From the IMG/VR virus record IMGVR_UViG_3300022700_000186: a stretch of DNA of 64,000 nucleotides, one strand, 5' to 3'. The notes beneath the pieces were generated by a model. The model did no database searches. It was given only the letters and a program-made list of their open reading frames with translations, and was not told the origin of the DNA. The stretch comes from an uncultured virus (IMG/VR IMGVR_UViG_3300022700_000186) (lineage: Duplodnaviria > Heunggongvirae > Uroviricota > Caudoviricetes). This document shows positions 7,601 to 15,704 of the stretch, in pieces (the first letter of the stretch is position 1; each line of letters opens with the position of its first letter). The position numbers and the translations under genes are program-made.

Positions 7601-9489
7601 CACAACCAACTGGAACTTATCCAACAACTTCACCAAGGCAGTCTTTGCTCGGTGAGTATGGATTACAGTTTAGAGGAGGAACAGGAGGAGTTATAAGACA
7701 ACCAACAGCTGTCGTGGAAGGTGGAGTACGTTATCAACCTACATTAGCAAAAGCTAAGGAAATGGTTACAACACCAAGTCAAACTACACCATCAGGAAGA
7801 CAAACAGGATTGTGGGAATATGATGAAGGGTATTTTGGTAAATTTACACATAAACCAACTTATAAGTCAGAATTTGGAGAATATAGAAGATTCGACAGAG
7901 GAAGATTTCCTGACAGATTTGACAGAACCAGAGTTACAGAGAGAGGAGAAGTTATTGGTAATGAAAGATTGAAAAGGTCACGAATAGAAGATTTACAAAG
8001 GGATAGACAAAGATTTAGAGGAAAAAAAGAAACGAAACCAACTGAAACAAAAGACCTTGTTGTCGATAAAAAAGGTAACGTTATGGAATCTTATGGCAGA
8101 ATAATCGAAAACCGAAAATTCACAGATGTTATTGGTGGAACAAGAGGAAAAGGTGATAGCTGGATTCCTGTAGATATGAAAGGGAAAGGAATAATAGAAC
8201 CAACACCAAAACCAAAAAAACCAGACACTGGTTATCCATCAGAAAAAAGAGGATTTTCCAAGAGTGGACATGGTAAAATAACAGATAAGAAAGGTACTAT
8301 TCAAAAAGTAAAAGGAAAAGGTAAAATATACGAATACAAACCAAGAGATATAGGAAAAGGAACTGGTAGTGGAAGACAGCAACTTGTTCAACAACAGATA
8401 AAACCAGAAGTAAAGGCAAAAAAAACGTATAAAGTAAAAAGAATACCAAAGACAACTCAGAAATTAAAACTTAATAGAATAATCAAAAAAAGAAATCAGA
8501 TGAAGTTACAAGAATATTCTAAGAAAGAATTACGTGATATCAGAAAATCAATTCAGAAAGAGAAAGAAGCGTTGGAAAAACTTAAAAGACTAACAATAAG
8601 AGAGAAAAAACTTCTAAATCTAGATAAGAAAGTACTAAAGGATATTGATAATCAACTGAAAGTTAGCGAAGAAAAACCGCTCACCACTACAAAATATGAA
8701 AAACCTACTATAGTCAAGTCACAAACAACAGGAGAACCAATACTGGTAACAGGTAGAGAAGGGAATGTTCTTTATGGAGAATCACTCTATGAAGTTCCTG
8801 GCAGTATTTCTAACTACTGGCAAGGCGCATCTCCATTATCAAAATTCCAACAAAGAGGTCTTCGTCAACATGAACTTGGATATCAATCTCAATATCAATT
8901 ACTATCACAAAAACAAGGACAATTACAAAGAGCACTACAACAACAAGAACAAACACAAATACAAAAAGAATTACTAGCAGAAGGAGTACAAGGATTATCC
9001 GCTTACCAGGGTACACGTAGTTTGCAGGATACATATCCTATAACTTTTACAACTGAACAACAAGATGTTGAAGAACAAACAGCAGCTGTTTCACCAGCTC
9101 AACAAACAGATGTAACACAAGCTCAAGCTGCTGATGTCATCCAAGCACAAGAAACAGATACATTACCAGCTGTTGATACAAAAACTGCTCTTGATACTGA
9201 TACTGTAATTCCTTATCCAAAACCTTACCCTCCATATCAACCAACAATACGTGAACCAGTACCACAAGAACCAAAACCAACTACACCTGGATTTTTATTT
9301 CCGAAATTCCCAGGAGCTGGTTCAGCTGGCGGTGGTGGAGGAGGAAGATACTATCCACAACGTAGAGGTTACTTTGAACGTGAATATGATGTTCCAGATA
9401 TTTGGGGAAAATCAAAACTATCATGGGGAGGAAAACAAACAAGACTTGGTAGCAAAAAACCAAACACTTTCAGTTTAATTAAAAAATAA
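4669..9489 (+). CDS. 1606-aa low-complexity protein, possible internal virion/DNA-delivery protein
   Basis: S/R/K-rich N-terminus, Pro-rich linkers, Gly/Ala hydrophobic core, Lys-rich and Gln/Thr-rich C-terminal part; TATA near 4551, GGTGA SD. Confidence 0.6.
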   Translation: MVNPLLKRTLGRSASGRKVLNIVKSAEKKAKSSSKSSSSGFSSGPMAQAKKSSSSRSSSSSSRSRSSRSRSSSRSSKKTKTSPVKTPKPPVPKVGPKTPADILKEQYGIDKPSGSTKKDTPPPKRTSTKKSGGGGGSTQPSGTMPVPGQGAPLTVIEQQLLQSNNPELGKIMYERRTGEDLPPPSSGMKTISPPVGYGSSVDTAKEVGSGKTGWQGPMQGAEIQKEQQEEFVGPPSPSQFQRDGFPTSQTDTLPDRLKPENVVSGKKRIDTQTFRNKILDRLPDDSKAEEVLTSAFNIQDMAAASGITPQQWQEIQKVNEQNVQNLEQAKETLNMVKSSDVEAWEVDGEEVSRSELINMLEGNVNEIEEAIGSGKVKIGEEEYVPGQDTYGRFLKGFEKEYDEAVYEGSFGEGGVNQYYAFVPRDTYVDIQREVRLGQMSEEEAQERLNQINTQNMMTKPKPQRDAWAQNQLQFENPEITNFREDIGDLITGTRGPIGWGLTGGGSKDVLKKLAREYDVDPSLVDEGKYDTLQEQLVSSFTQKAVEETGGKFEPTVGYEEFKAANPAVSGLEYNPEEGSWNVEMDYESAQRKEMRNLWEENPLAAVGRGTVDVISQYPKALTTAAGYGYRSLVGEEQPSYQDQLFGELAKSSYGISQSMRKGDASDYWKQTVFESPAMTDVYLPVLGGAAFSAAAPTIGAASGRLGSWVTSKTGGRLVGGAGKWIAAHPGAAKAAAYGLTGGLVYGPTAGPAAYQEYVTGEGETGSTAEAAARSTLQLGGFLTGAGSTLPGSKGKRTIQDWGRARADSYMTSRGYVRDPKTGKWVQDPYKIRTKSPAELEEALAASKEGFTPDFLKTKYQGETFAKGWESYAQPKIAGGRFAKYRSGLIDDVPKLTGNVGGTQTGAMVQYQPSVPPRGGSGILESGRLAGWKPFSTDIAAYNQIQTGTGARIPQEWGSLQPDLGGRIPTRVTNVPTTTQPTGTYPTTSPRQSLLGEYGLQFRGGTGGVIRQPTAVVEGGVRYQPTLAKAKEMVTTPSQTTPSGRQTGLWEYDEGYFGKFTHKPTYKSEFGEYRRFDRGRFPDRFDRTRVTERGEVIGNERLKRSRIEDLQRDRQRFRGKKETKPTETKDLVVDKKGNVMESYGRIIENRKFTDVIGGTRGKGDSWIPVDMKGKGIIEPTPKPKKPDTGYPSEKRGFSKSGHGKITDKKGTIQKVKGKGKIYEYKPRDIGKGTGSGRQQLVQQQIKPEVKAKKTYKVKRIPKTTQKLKLNRIIKKRNQMKLQEYSKKELRDIRKSIQKEKEALEKLKRLTIREKKLLNLDKKVLKDIDNQLKVSEEKPLTTTKYEKPTIVKSQTTGEPILVTGREGNVLYGESLYEVPGSISNYWQGASPLSKFQQRGLRQHELGYQSQYQLLSQKQGQLQRALQQQEQTQIQKELLAEGVQGLSAYQGTRSLQDTYPITFTTEQQDVEEQTAAVSPAQQTDVTQAQAADVIQAQETDTLPAVDTKTALDTDTVIPYPKPYPPYQPTIREPVPQEPKPTTPGFLFPKFPGAGSAGGGGGGRYYPQRRGYFEREYDVPDIWGKSKLSWGGKQTRLGSKKPNTFSLIKK

Positions 9490-9502
9490 TGGTGGTAATA
9501 AT

Positions 9503-9973
9503 ATGTTTAGACAAGCAAAGAAAACCGACTGGTATCGAAAAGGTGGAATGGTAGGTTATCAGTGGGGAAAGGAACGATTACAAGAAATCGAGCAAATTAT
9601 CAATGACCCAAAGTTGAAAAGAACAAAGATACAAAAATTCATCATCAATAATACTATTGATTCTACGAAAGATGATTGGCATTATTTTAACAATTTCAGT
9701 AACAAAGATATATCACATTTAAAACATGCACTCAAAAAGATAAACAAGAACAACGCAGTCAGTGAACTTCATTGGGTAGAATCTCGGAGTGGTATGTTAA
9801 GAACACCACTTATCAAAACACTTCACGTTCTTGCTTATAAATTACAACCAGAAAGGTACATTGCTTATAAATCAGAAGAGTACACATTTTATGGAATGGA
9901 TAAAAGAAAAGCAAAAGATAGAGCATTATCCTTCGTAAAAAGACTTGAAAAAGATATGAGATACAAATGGTGA
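9503..9973 (+). CDS. Basic hypothetical protein
   Basis: ORF track, GGTGG SD. Confidence 0.6.
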   Translation: MFRQAKKTDWYRKGGMVGYQWGKERLQEIEQIINDPKLKRTKIQKFIINNTIDSTKDDWHYFNNFSNKDISHLKHALKKINKNNAVSELHWVESRSGMLRTPLIKTLHVLAYKLQPERYIAYKSEEYTFYGMDKRKAKDRALSFVKRLEKDMRYKW

Positions 9974-10139
9974 ATGGGAGAATGAAAAATGACAAGTGAT
10001 TATGTATATCAATTAGTAAGGCAGTATAAAACAAATAAAGGATATAATGATAGTAGAAGTAAAGCTGCAAGAGAATCTGCAAAAAATGAATTAAAGAGAT
10101 TAGGATATACCGTGACAGGGAGAAAAAGAAGGAAATAAT

Positions 10140-10298
10140 ATGAAAAAATACAAAGGGAAAAGACCTTCACCATCTTTGAGTGCAACAGAAGTAAAGGTCG
10201 GTACTCGAAGGTATGGTGGAGATGGTAAGTTGTGGGTATGCAAAACATATAAACGTGGTAATAAAAGAATCAAACATTGGGTACACTCGAAAAAATAA
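10140..10298 (+). CDS. 52-aa basic protein with RPSP..SAT..G..GxDG..W..W motif
   Basis: Manual translation MKKYKGKRPSPSLSATEVKVGTRRYGGDGKLWVCKTYKRGNKRIKHWVHSKK. Confidence 0.65.
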   Translation: MKKYKGKRPSPSLSATEVKVGTRRYGGDGKLWVCKTYKRGNKRIKHWVHSKK

Positions 10299-10329
10299 GT
10301 GGTAGGTATGAAGAAAATAGGTTGATAAA

Positions 10330-10758
10330 ATGACAAAAACAAAAAAAGAGTTTTTAAATAAATACGCAAGTAATCCAGAACTTGCCAGAAAAGTATTCAA
10401 TCAAATGTCGGCAAGTTGGAAAGAAATAATCAAATACCCAGAAGATTTTAGGGACGCAGGAGCTGGTGTTGGCGGTTTTATTTACTATAATGAAACTGTA
10501 CCATTTGCAAAACAAAATATGACATTAATCACCAGAGCATTACATGAGTTTGAGCAGGAAATTGGAATGCCACTAAAAAAACCAACCGATGATGAAACAC
10601 AATACCTAAACTGGTTAGCTTGGTTTGCTTTAGAAAACACCATTGATGATGTAATTCAATACAAAGAAAGCGACATAGATATGTATCCGAAATATGTAAC
10701 ACCAAATACTAAAACAAAGTTTAATCCAGGATGGAAGAAAAACGTTTGGGGCGTATAA
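10330..10758 (+). CDS. Phage-type protein (GFIYYxET..NWLAWFALE) with C-terminal W-tag
   Basis: Ends PGWKKNVWGV. Confidence 0.7.
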   Translation: MTKTKKEFLNKYASNPELARKVFNQMSASWKEIIKYPEDFRDAGAGVGGFIYYNETVPFAKQNMTLITRALHEFEQEIGMPLKKPTDDETQYLNWLAWFALENTIDDVIQYKESDIDMYPKYVTPNTKTKFNPGWKKNVWGV

Positions 10759-10983
10759 ATGAAGAAAGTACCAATAATTAGGGTTCAACCAGATGATGCA
10801 ACCATTGATATGCTACGAGAAATGGGAGCGCAAATGACCGAAACCGTTCCTTTCAGAACAAAAAAAGAAGCAGAAAAATATGCAGAAAAAATGATGATGA
10901 AAGGAAGGAGAGCGAGGGTATACGAAGACAAATACACCAGTATGGAAGACTTCAGATGGAATGTGGAGGTTGAAATAGAATGA
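10759..10983 (+). CDS. Small protein with N-terminal VPII tag and FxTKxxA helix
   Basis: MKKVPIIRV; PFRTKKEAEKYA. Confidence 0.7.
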   Translation: MKKVPIIRVQPDDATIDMLREMGAQMTETVPFRTKKEAEKYAEKMMMKGRRARVYEDKYTSMEDFRWNVEVEIE

Positions 10984-11282
10984 AAAAAACACCAATTATA
11001 AGAGTTGATGGAAGCAAAAGTTATGATGAATCAGAACTTACAGAAGAAGAAAAAGAATTTCTTGAAATAGCAAAAGACATTGCAGAAGGTAGAAAAAATC
11101 CATACACAAGAGAATGGAGGGATATGTTCGGAAAAGAACGTGTTAAAAGATATCAAGGTAATGTTTTTTATAGTAATATAGCACAAAGAACGAAACACTA
11201 TACAACATCTGCTAAAAGAGACAGAGCTTATGATTTTGTTTATGATTATTTAATTGAACATGGATATAACGTTCATAGTTAA
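10980..11282 (+). CDS. Hypothetical protein with N-terminal TPII tag
   Basis: MKKTPIIRVDG. Confidence 0.7.
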   Translation: MKKTPIIRVDGSKSYDESELTEEEKEFLEIAKDIAEGRKNPYTREWRDMFGKERVKRYQGNVFYSNIAQRTKHYTTSAKRDRAYDFVYDYLIEHGYNVHS

Positions 11283-11303
11283 GAAGTAAGGAGATGATGA
11301 AAA

Positions 11304-11609
11304 ATGAGTTGGGGAACGCCAATAATTGATGTGACAACAGGAAAAGTAAAAGGTTTATCAAACCGAGATTTGGTTGAACGGTTTGCCCGTGGATTTGAAC
11401 GGGGAGCTTCTAATCGAATGGAAATCAAAAGAGATGGTAATGAAACTATTATCGTAGGATACGGTCACGCTGTTTATGCTCGAAGGAAACCAAATGGAAC
11501 TGTCATTCTTTATGATGGTTGGTATGGTTACTCACCGACAACAAGCACACACTTGAACATGATAAGACCGTATGCTGAAGTTGTAAACAAAAGAAAACCA
11601 AGTTGGTAA
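11304..11609 (+). CDS. Phage-type YSxTTSxH family protein with TPII tag
   Basis: MSWGTPIIDVTTG; GYSPTTSTH. Confidence 0.7.
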   Translation: MSWGTPIIDVTTGKVKGLSNRDLVERFARGFERGASNRMEIKRDGNETIIVGYGHAVYARRKPNGTVILYDGWYGYSPTTSTHLNMIRPYAEVVNKRKPSW

Positions 11610-11610
11610 T

Positions 11611-11868
11611 ATGAGTTGGAAAGACAATTACTGGGAGAAAGATTCGGTTTATTTGAGAGAAAAATTTAATGATGTTGTCAAACCATTAAGAAAATCTGGT
11701 TCTTGTATCATGTCAAAGAAATGGAAGGAGATGAAAAGAAAACCAAAAAATATTGAGAGCATCTTATCCTTTGATGATGTAGAATACTTTAGAAAGAAAG
11801 ATAATTTAGACATTATCTATGCATTTTTCCCAAAAGAGAAAAGTTGGTTCAAATTGACAAAAAGGTGA
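11611..11868 (+). CDS. Hypothetical protein with N-terminal W-tag
   Basis: MSWKDNYWEK. Confidence 0.65.
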   Translation: MSWKDNYWEKDSVYLREKFNDVVKPLRKSGSCIMSKKWKEMKRKPKNIESILSFDDVEYFRKKDNLDIIYAFFPKEKSWFKLTKR

Positions 11869-11873
11869 ATTTA

Positions 11874-12113
11874 ATGGCAAGATGGAAACATAATATTTGG
11901 GGAGTAAAAAACTTCGAATCTGGATTTGACTTAACACCAATTAGAGTAGGTGATACTGTTGTTATTACAAAACCAAAGAATGAAAGAGAAATGACAAATG
12001 AAGGAAAGAAAGCAACAGTAATAAAGGTATGGAACAGAACAAAAGAGCTAACAATAGAGTTTGCTGATGGTGAAGAACTTGATGTTAGTAGAAACATTGT
12101 GAAAAGAGTTTAG
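11874..12113 (+). CDS. KOW/SH3-like beta-barrel protein with N-terminal W-tag
   Basis: MARWKHNIWGV; IRVGDTVVIT..GKKATVIKV..IEFADG. Confidence 0.65.
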   Translation: MARWKHNIWGVKNFESGFDLTPIRVGDTVVITKPKNEREMTNEGKKATVIKVWNRTKELTIEFADGEELDVSRNIVKRV

Positions 12114-12120
12114 TGATAAG

Positions 12121-12351
12121 ATGGTAAGATTATTCAATCCTGTAACAAACCGATTTGAAGAAGTGGATGATTACGAGTACTTTGATGTAAAGGGTACCTT
12201 TCCACAAACAGAAGATAAACCAATATGTTTACGGTGTGGTAAAAAGTTAGAAACTGAAATTGATTTAGAAACAGGAATTTGTGCTGATTGTTGGGAAGAA
12301 AAAGACTATAAAAATAAATCTGAAAAATTAAGATGGAATAGGAATTGGTAA
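12121..12351 (+). CDS. Zinc-finger protein
   Basis: CLRCGKKL...GICADC. Confidence 0.7.
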   Translation: MVRLFNPVTNRFEEVDDYEYFDVKGTFPQTEDKPICLRCGKKLETEIDLETGICADCWEEKDYKNKSEKLRWNRNW

Positions 12352-12797
12352 TGTTTAATCCACCAGAAGTACCAGTAATATACGATATAAATGAACTTCC
12401 TCCACCAAAGAGGGGTAAGATTCGTTTATATCATGCTGTAAGCAACGCCAGAACCAATCAAATCTTAAGGGAAGGGTTATTGCTTAACAAGATAAAATCA
12501 ACCGATGCTGGTGGTATATGGTGTTCTACAAGTCCTTATTACAATATGAAAAGAGATACAATAGTACTTGATGTTCCATTGAAAGATACATGGAGAGCAA
12601 ATCGTGATGAGTATGTTGTTTACCGTGATATCAAACCGAGTGATATGAAAGGAGTATTGAAGGTTTACCGATTTGGCAATCAAGGAAGAGCGTTACAGCG
12701 TTCTGATGAACTTCCGAAGTTTATTGATAAACATGGGTTAGATTTTGTCCTTAAAAAATCATACGGAAAAGAACTAAAAAAAGATTTTGGGAATTGA
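12351..12797 (+). CDS. ADP-ribosyltransferase-fold protein (ART 1)
   Basis: RLYHAV..ILREGL..GIWCST..EYVVYRDIKP pattern of H-type ART/Tpt1-like enzymes. Confidence 0.65.
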   Translation: MFNPPEVPVIYDINELPPPKRGKIRLYHAVSNARTNQILREGLLLNKIKSTDAGGIWCSTSPYYNMKRDTIVLDVPLKDTWRANRDEYVVYRDIKPSDMKGVLKVYRFGNQGRALQRSDELPKFIDKHGLDFVLKKSYGKELKKDFGN

Positions 12798-12800
12798 AAA

Positions 12801-13022
12801 ATGAATTGGAAAACTGATTATTGGGGAGTAAAACCAAAAGGGTATACAATCGTAGTTGATGCCGGAAAACCATATGAAATCAGAGTTGACTCTAAAAGAG
12901 AGCTGAAAAGAGAACTTAGAAAGTTAGAAAAGGAAGCAAATAAGGATAATCCACATTTCGATATTTTCATCTATAATAAGTATGGTGTTGACGTAACAGA
13001 TGAGGAGATGATGTTTACTTAA
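12801..13022 (+). CDS. Hypothetical protein with N-terminal W-tag
   Basis: MNWKTDYWGV. Confidence 0.7.
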   Translation: MNWKTDYWGVKPKGYTIVVDAGKPYEIRVDSKRELKRELRKLEKEANKDNPHFDIFIYNKYGVDVTDEEMMFT

Positions 13023-13028
13023 TTCACT

Positions 13029-13113
13029 CTCACCTATATCATAGGTGGGGCAACAAACCACCAAAATTTTACCACCTTAGGGAAGCTCACCCCTTCCCTC
13101 TTATAGGTGGTAA
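13029..13113 (+). other. Intergenic structured element with alternative hairpins
   Basis: cacctat/ataggtg; ttaccacct(13069-13077)/aggtggtaa(13105-13113) enclosing agggaag/cttccct. Confidence 0.55.
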
Positions 13114-13139
13114 TCAAGAGAAAAAAGGATATTGATAAT

Positions 13140-13349
13140 ATGATTAAAAAAGTACCAATAATTAATATAAATACAATCAGTAGCAGAAGATACAATAAGA
13201 AATTTTGGGATGACTTCATTGATTCGTTTGAACACATCCACCAAGTAATACATGATGTTGAAAAAAACGGTTCTGACCTTGATAAAGAATATCTTAATGG
13301 ATTAATATCTAATTATGGCGGACCGAAGCGTTGGAAGGTGAGATTGTAA
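13140..13349 (+). CDS. Hypothetical protein with VPII tag
   Basis: MIKKVPIININ. Confidence 0.6.
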   Translation: MIKKVPIININTISSRRYNKKFWDDFIDSFEHIHQVIHDVEKNGSDLDKEYLNGLISNYGGPKRWKVRL

Positions 13350-13350
13350 C

Positions 13351-13524
13351 ATGGTCAGAGTGAAACAAAGTAAGAAAGGGTGGGTTAGCGTTACTAAGCT
13401 TCCTTGTGGGAAGTATATGACAGCTGCATTCATTGAGGATAGGGTGAATCCTATTCAGAAAATCAGTAATAAAAAAAGTACTGCTAATAAAAAAGCCAAA
13501 AAAATGATTAAAAAATATTTATGA
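13351..13524 (+). CDS. 57-aa basic protein
   Basis: Manual translation; GGTGA SD; fills the gap between neighbours. Confidence 0.55.
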   Translation: MVRVKQSKKGWVSVTKLPCGKYMTAAFIEDRVNPIQKISNKKSTANKKAKKMIKKYL

Positions 13525-13539
13525 AAAAGGTGAAAAAAA

Positions 13540-13914
13540 ATGAGTAAAGATTGGAAATTCGGAAAGAATGCTTTTGATAAACATAAATACTATCATAAAT
13601 CAAGAAAGGTAGTTCTGATACCTCATTCAACAGTTACTACACATGGAGGAAAATTGAAGGAACCTGTTTCTTCTGGTTATAGTATAGAAATAGAAACTCC
13701 ATATGAACCAAAGGAAGTTCAATATTATCTTAAGGATACAACAAGAAGTTTTCCTAACTATATCAACAACCATAAACATTACAAAACAATCAAGGATGTA
13801 AGAAAAGCAATGGTAAAGTGGACGAAGAACAACAATGAAAATGTTGACAGAATGGTTATGGAAATGCAAACAACAGAAGCACCAGGATGGAAAAAGAACG
13901 TTTGGGGAGTCTAA
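13540..13914 (+). CDS. Hypothetical protein with C-terminal W-tag
   Basis: Ends PGWKKNVWGV. Confidence 0.7.
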   Translation: MSKDWKFGKNAFDKHKYYHKSRKVVLIPHSTVTTHGGKLKEPVSSGYSIEIETPYEPKEVQYYLKDTTRSFPNYINNHKHYKTIKDVRKAMVKWTKNNNENVDRMVMEMQTTEAPGWKKNVWGV

Positions 13915-13915
13915 A

Positions 13916-14122
13916 ATGAAAAGAGTACCAATAATTACCGTTGACGGCAGACGGATAAATGGAGCAGTTGAACCTTATATAAATACGATTTCAGGAAGGG
14001 CAAGATACAAAGGAACCGAAGTCGAAGATGAGTATGGTAGATGGAACGATAGATACAGCACAAACAGAGGAGAGTTTGTTATCCACAAAGGAAAAAGACA
14101 TCATATATATGAGGTCGATTAA
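13916..14122 (+). CDS. Hypothetical protein with VPII tag
   Basis: MKRVPIITVDG. Confidence 0.65.
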   Translation: MKRVPIITVDGRRINGAVEPYINTISGRARYKGTEVEDEYGRWNDRYSTNRGEFVIHKGKRHHIYEVD

Positions 14123-14123
14123 A

Positions 14124-14411
14124 GTGAGAAGAGTACCAATTATTGACCCAGTCACAGGTCAAAGAGTAAAAGACCCATTAGAAGAAGCTGCTGAAGAGAT
14201 ATTCGATAAATATCAATCAAAATTCGGTGATGATGCAATTTATGACTACAGAACTGAAGATGGTTTTATTGTGTTTGATTATCCCATGTTTTTTGATAGA
14301 ACAGAATTTGCTGATGATATAGAAAAACAAACTAATTATTTAATAAAAGAAGCGAAGAAGAAACCAAACTTCAATATCTACGTTGCAAATTACTTTGTGG
14401 GGAGAGGATAA
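14124..14411 (+). CDS. Hypothetical protein with VPII tag; paralog of 14416-15051
   Basis: GTG start RRVPIIDPVTG; IFDKYQSKFG..AIYDYR..KQTNYLIKEA. Confidence 0.65.
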   Translation: MRRVPIIDPVTGQRVKDPLEEAAEEIFDKYQSKFGDDAIYDYRTEDGFIVFDYPMFFDRTEFADDIEKQTNYLIKEAKKKPNFNIYVANYFVGRG

Positions 14412-14415
14412 AAAA

Positions 14416-15051
14416 ATGCAAGACAAAAAACACGTAGTTGGTAAAAGAATATTCGATAAATATAAACAGAAGTTTGGTGAAAAAGCCATCTTTGATTGGA
14501 GAGTTGACAGTGGAACTCTCGATTTTAAACAACCAAAAGGATTTGGAACTTACAATACAAAAACAAAACTTTCTGACACACCATGGTCTTCGATAGAAGA
14601 ACTTGAGAAATACGAGGACAAAAATTTATGGAAACAACAGAATTATATTGAGAAGGAAGCTATAAAGGAAAAAGCATCATTCCGTATCAATGTTGGACAT
14701 GTGTCTGTTCCAAGAACAATGAAGAAATATAGTAGAAGTAAATTGAGGGAAATAGCTAGAACAGTATATAGAAAGTACAAGAAAAAATATGATAGTTCAT
14801 GTGCAGGTAATTATTATAATCATCCTTATTGGTACTGGAAAATTACAAATTTCGGTGGTGATGTTATTTATTGGTATACAGAACCTTGGCTGATTCCAAG
14901 TTCAAGTGATGTGTCATTAAGAAAACAAATGGACGAACAAAGAAAATACTTATTTAGAGAACTTGAGAAGTATGACGCTGTAATTGAAAATTTACCACCA
15001 GGAGGAAATACCAAGCCTGGTATATGGAATTCATTTTTAGTAAAGTTTTAG
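14416..15051 (+). CDS. Two-repeat paralog of the upstream protein
   Basis: IFDKYKQKFG..AIFDWR..KQQNYIEKEA, then VYRKYKKKY..EQRKYLFREL. Confidence 0.65.
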   Translation: MQDKKHVVGKRIFDKYKQKFGEKAIFDWRVDSGTLDFKQPKGFGTYNTKTKLSDTPWSSIEELEKYEDKNLWKQQNYIEKEAIKEKASFRINVGHVSVPRTMKKYSRSKLREIARTVYRKYKKKYDSSCAGNYYNHPYWYWKITNFGGDVIYWYTEPWLIPSSSDVSLRKQMDEQRKYLFRELEKYDAVIENLPPGGNTKPGIWNSFLVKF

Positions 15052-15081
15052 ACAATGAAAAAGATAAGAGATGATTAAAAA

Positions 15082-15330
15082 ATGCCAAAAATAAAGAACA
15101 CAAAATATGCAGGTTCAATAGAAGCTGTTATGGAATATCAACCAGACTTTATGCTGTTAACAGATAGTCAGGATGTTGAAGCAATTAAAGATTACTTTGG
15201 TAACGATGAACTAATTAATGAATATGATGGGTTCTTCGTAAAAATCAGAGATGGTGACTACTCAAGAATTTATGCTTTTTACGGAAACGTACCATTCAAT
15301 TGGAAAGAACTTTACGAAATAATTTGGTAA
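15082..15330 (+). CDS. Acidic hypothetical protein
   Basis: ORF track. Confidence 0.6.
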   Translation: MPKIKNTKYAGSIEAVMEYQPDFMLLTDSQDVEAIKDYFGNDELINEYDGFFVKIRDGDYSRIYAFYGNVPFNWKELYEIIW

Positions 15331-15355
15331 AAATAATAAAATGTCGTGATGAAGA

Positions 15356-15442
15356 ATGCCAGATAGAGATGGAAAAGGACCAAGAAAAAGAAGTAGATAT
15401 CCAAGTAAGAAGAAAGGTGGAAGAAAGAAAGGAAAATGTTAA
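15356..15442 (+). CDS. 28-aa basic microprotein (MPxxDGxGP...C, DUF5320-like)
   Basis: MPDRDGKGPRKRSRYPSKKKGGRKKGKC. Confidence 0.5.
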   Translation: MPDRDGKGPRKRSRYPSKKKGGRKKGKC

Positions 15443-15451
15443 GGTGAAAAA

Positions 15452-15667
15452 ATGGGATATAGAAAAAAATATAATTCTGGAAGTCTAAAAGTTGTACAAT
15501 TTGAAAACAGACATGGCAAAAAGAAATGGGGAGTAGTAAATGGTTCTAAATTAGTTAGTGCTGTTAAAGGATATGACACAAAAAAATTTGCAAATGAAGT
15601 AAGGGATAGATTATACAAAGAAAAAATATATGTGTTTAGTCCAGGTAAAAAAAGGATAAAGAAATGA
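15452..15667 (+). CDS. Small basic protein
   Basis: GGTGA SD; GYDTKKFANEV. Confidence 0.6.
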   Translation: MGYRKKYNSGSLKVVQFENRHGKKKWGVVNGSKLVSAVKGYDTKKFANEVRDRLYKEKIYVFSPGKKRIKK

Positions 15668-15704
15668 GATGGATAGTTTTTGGTAATGAAAAAGGTGAAA
15701 AAAA

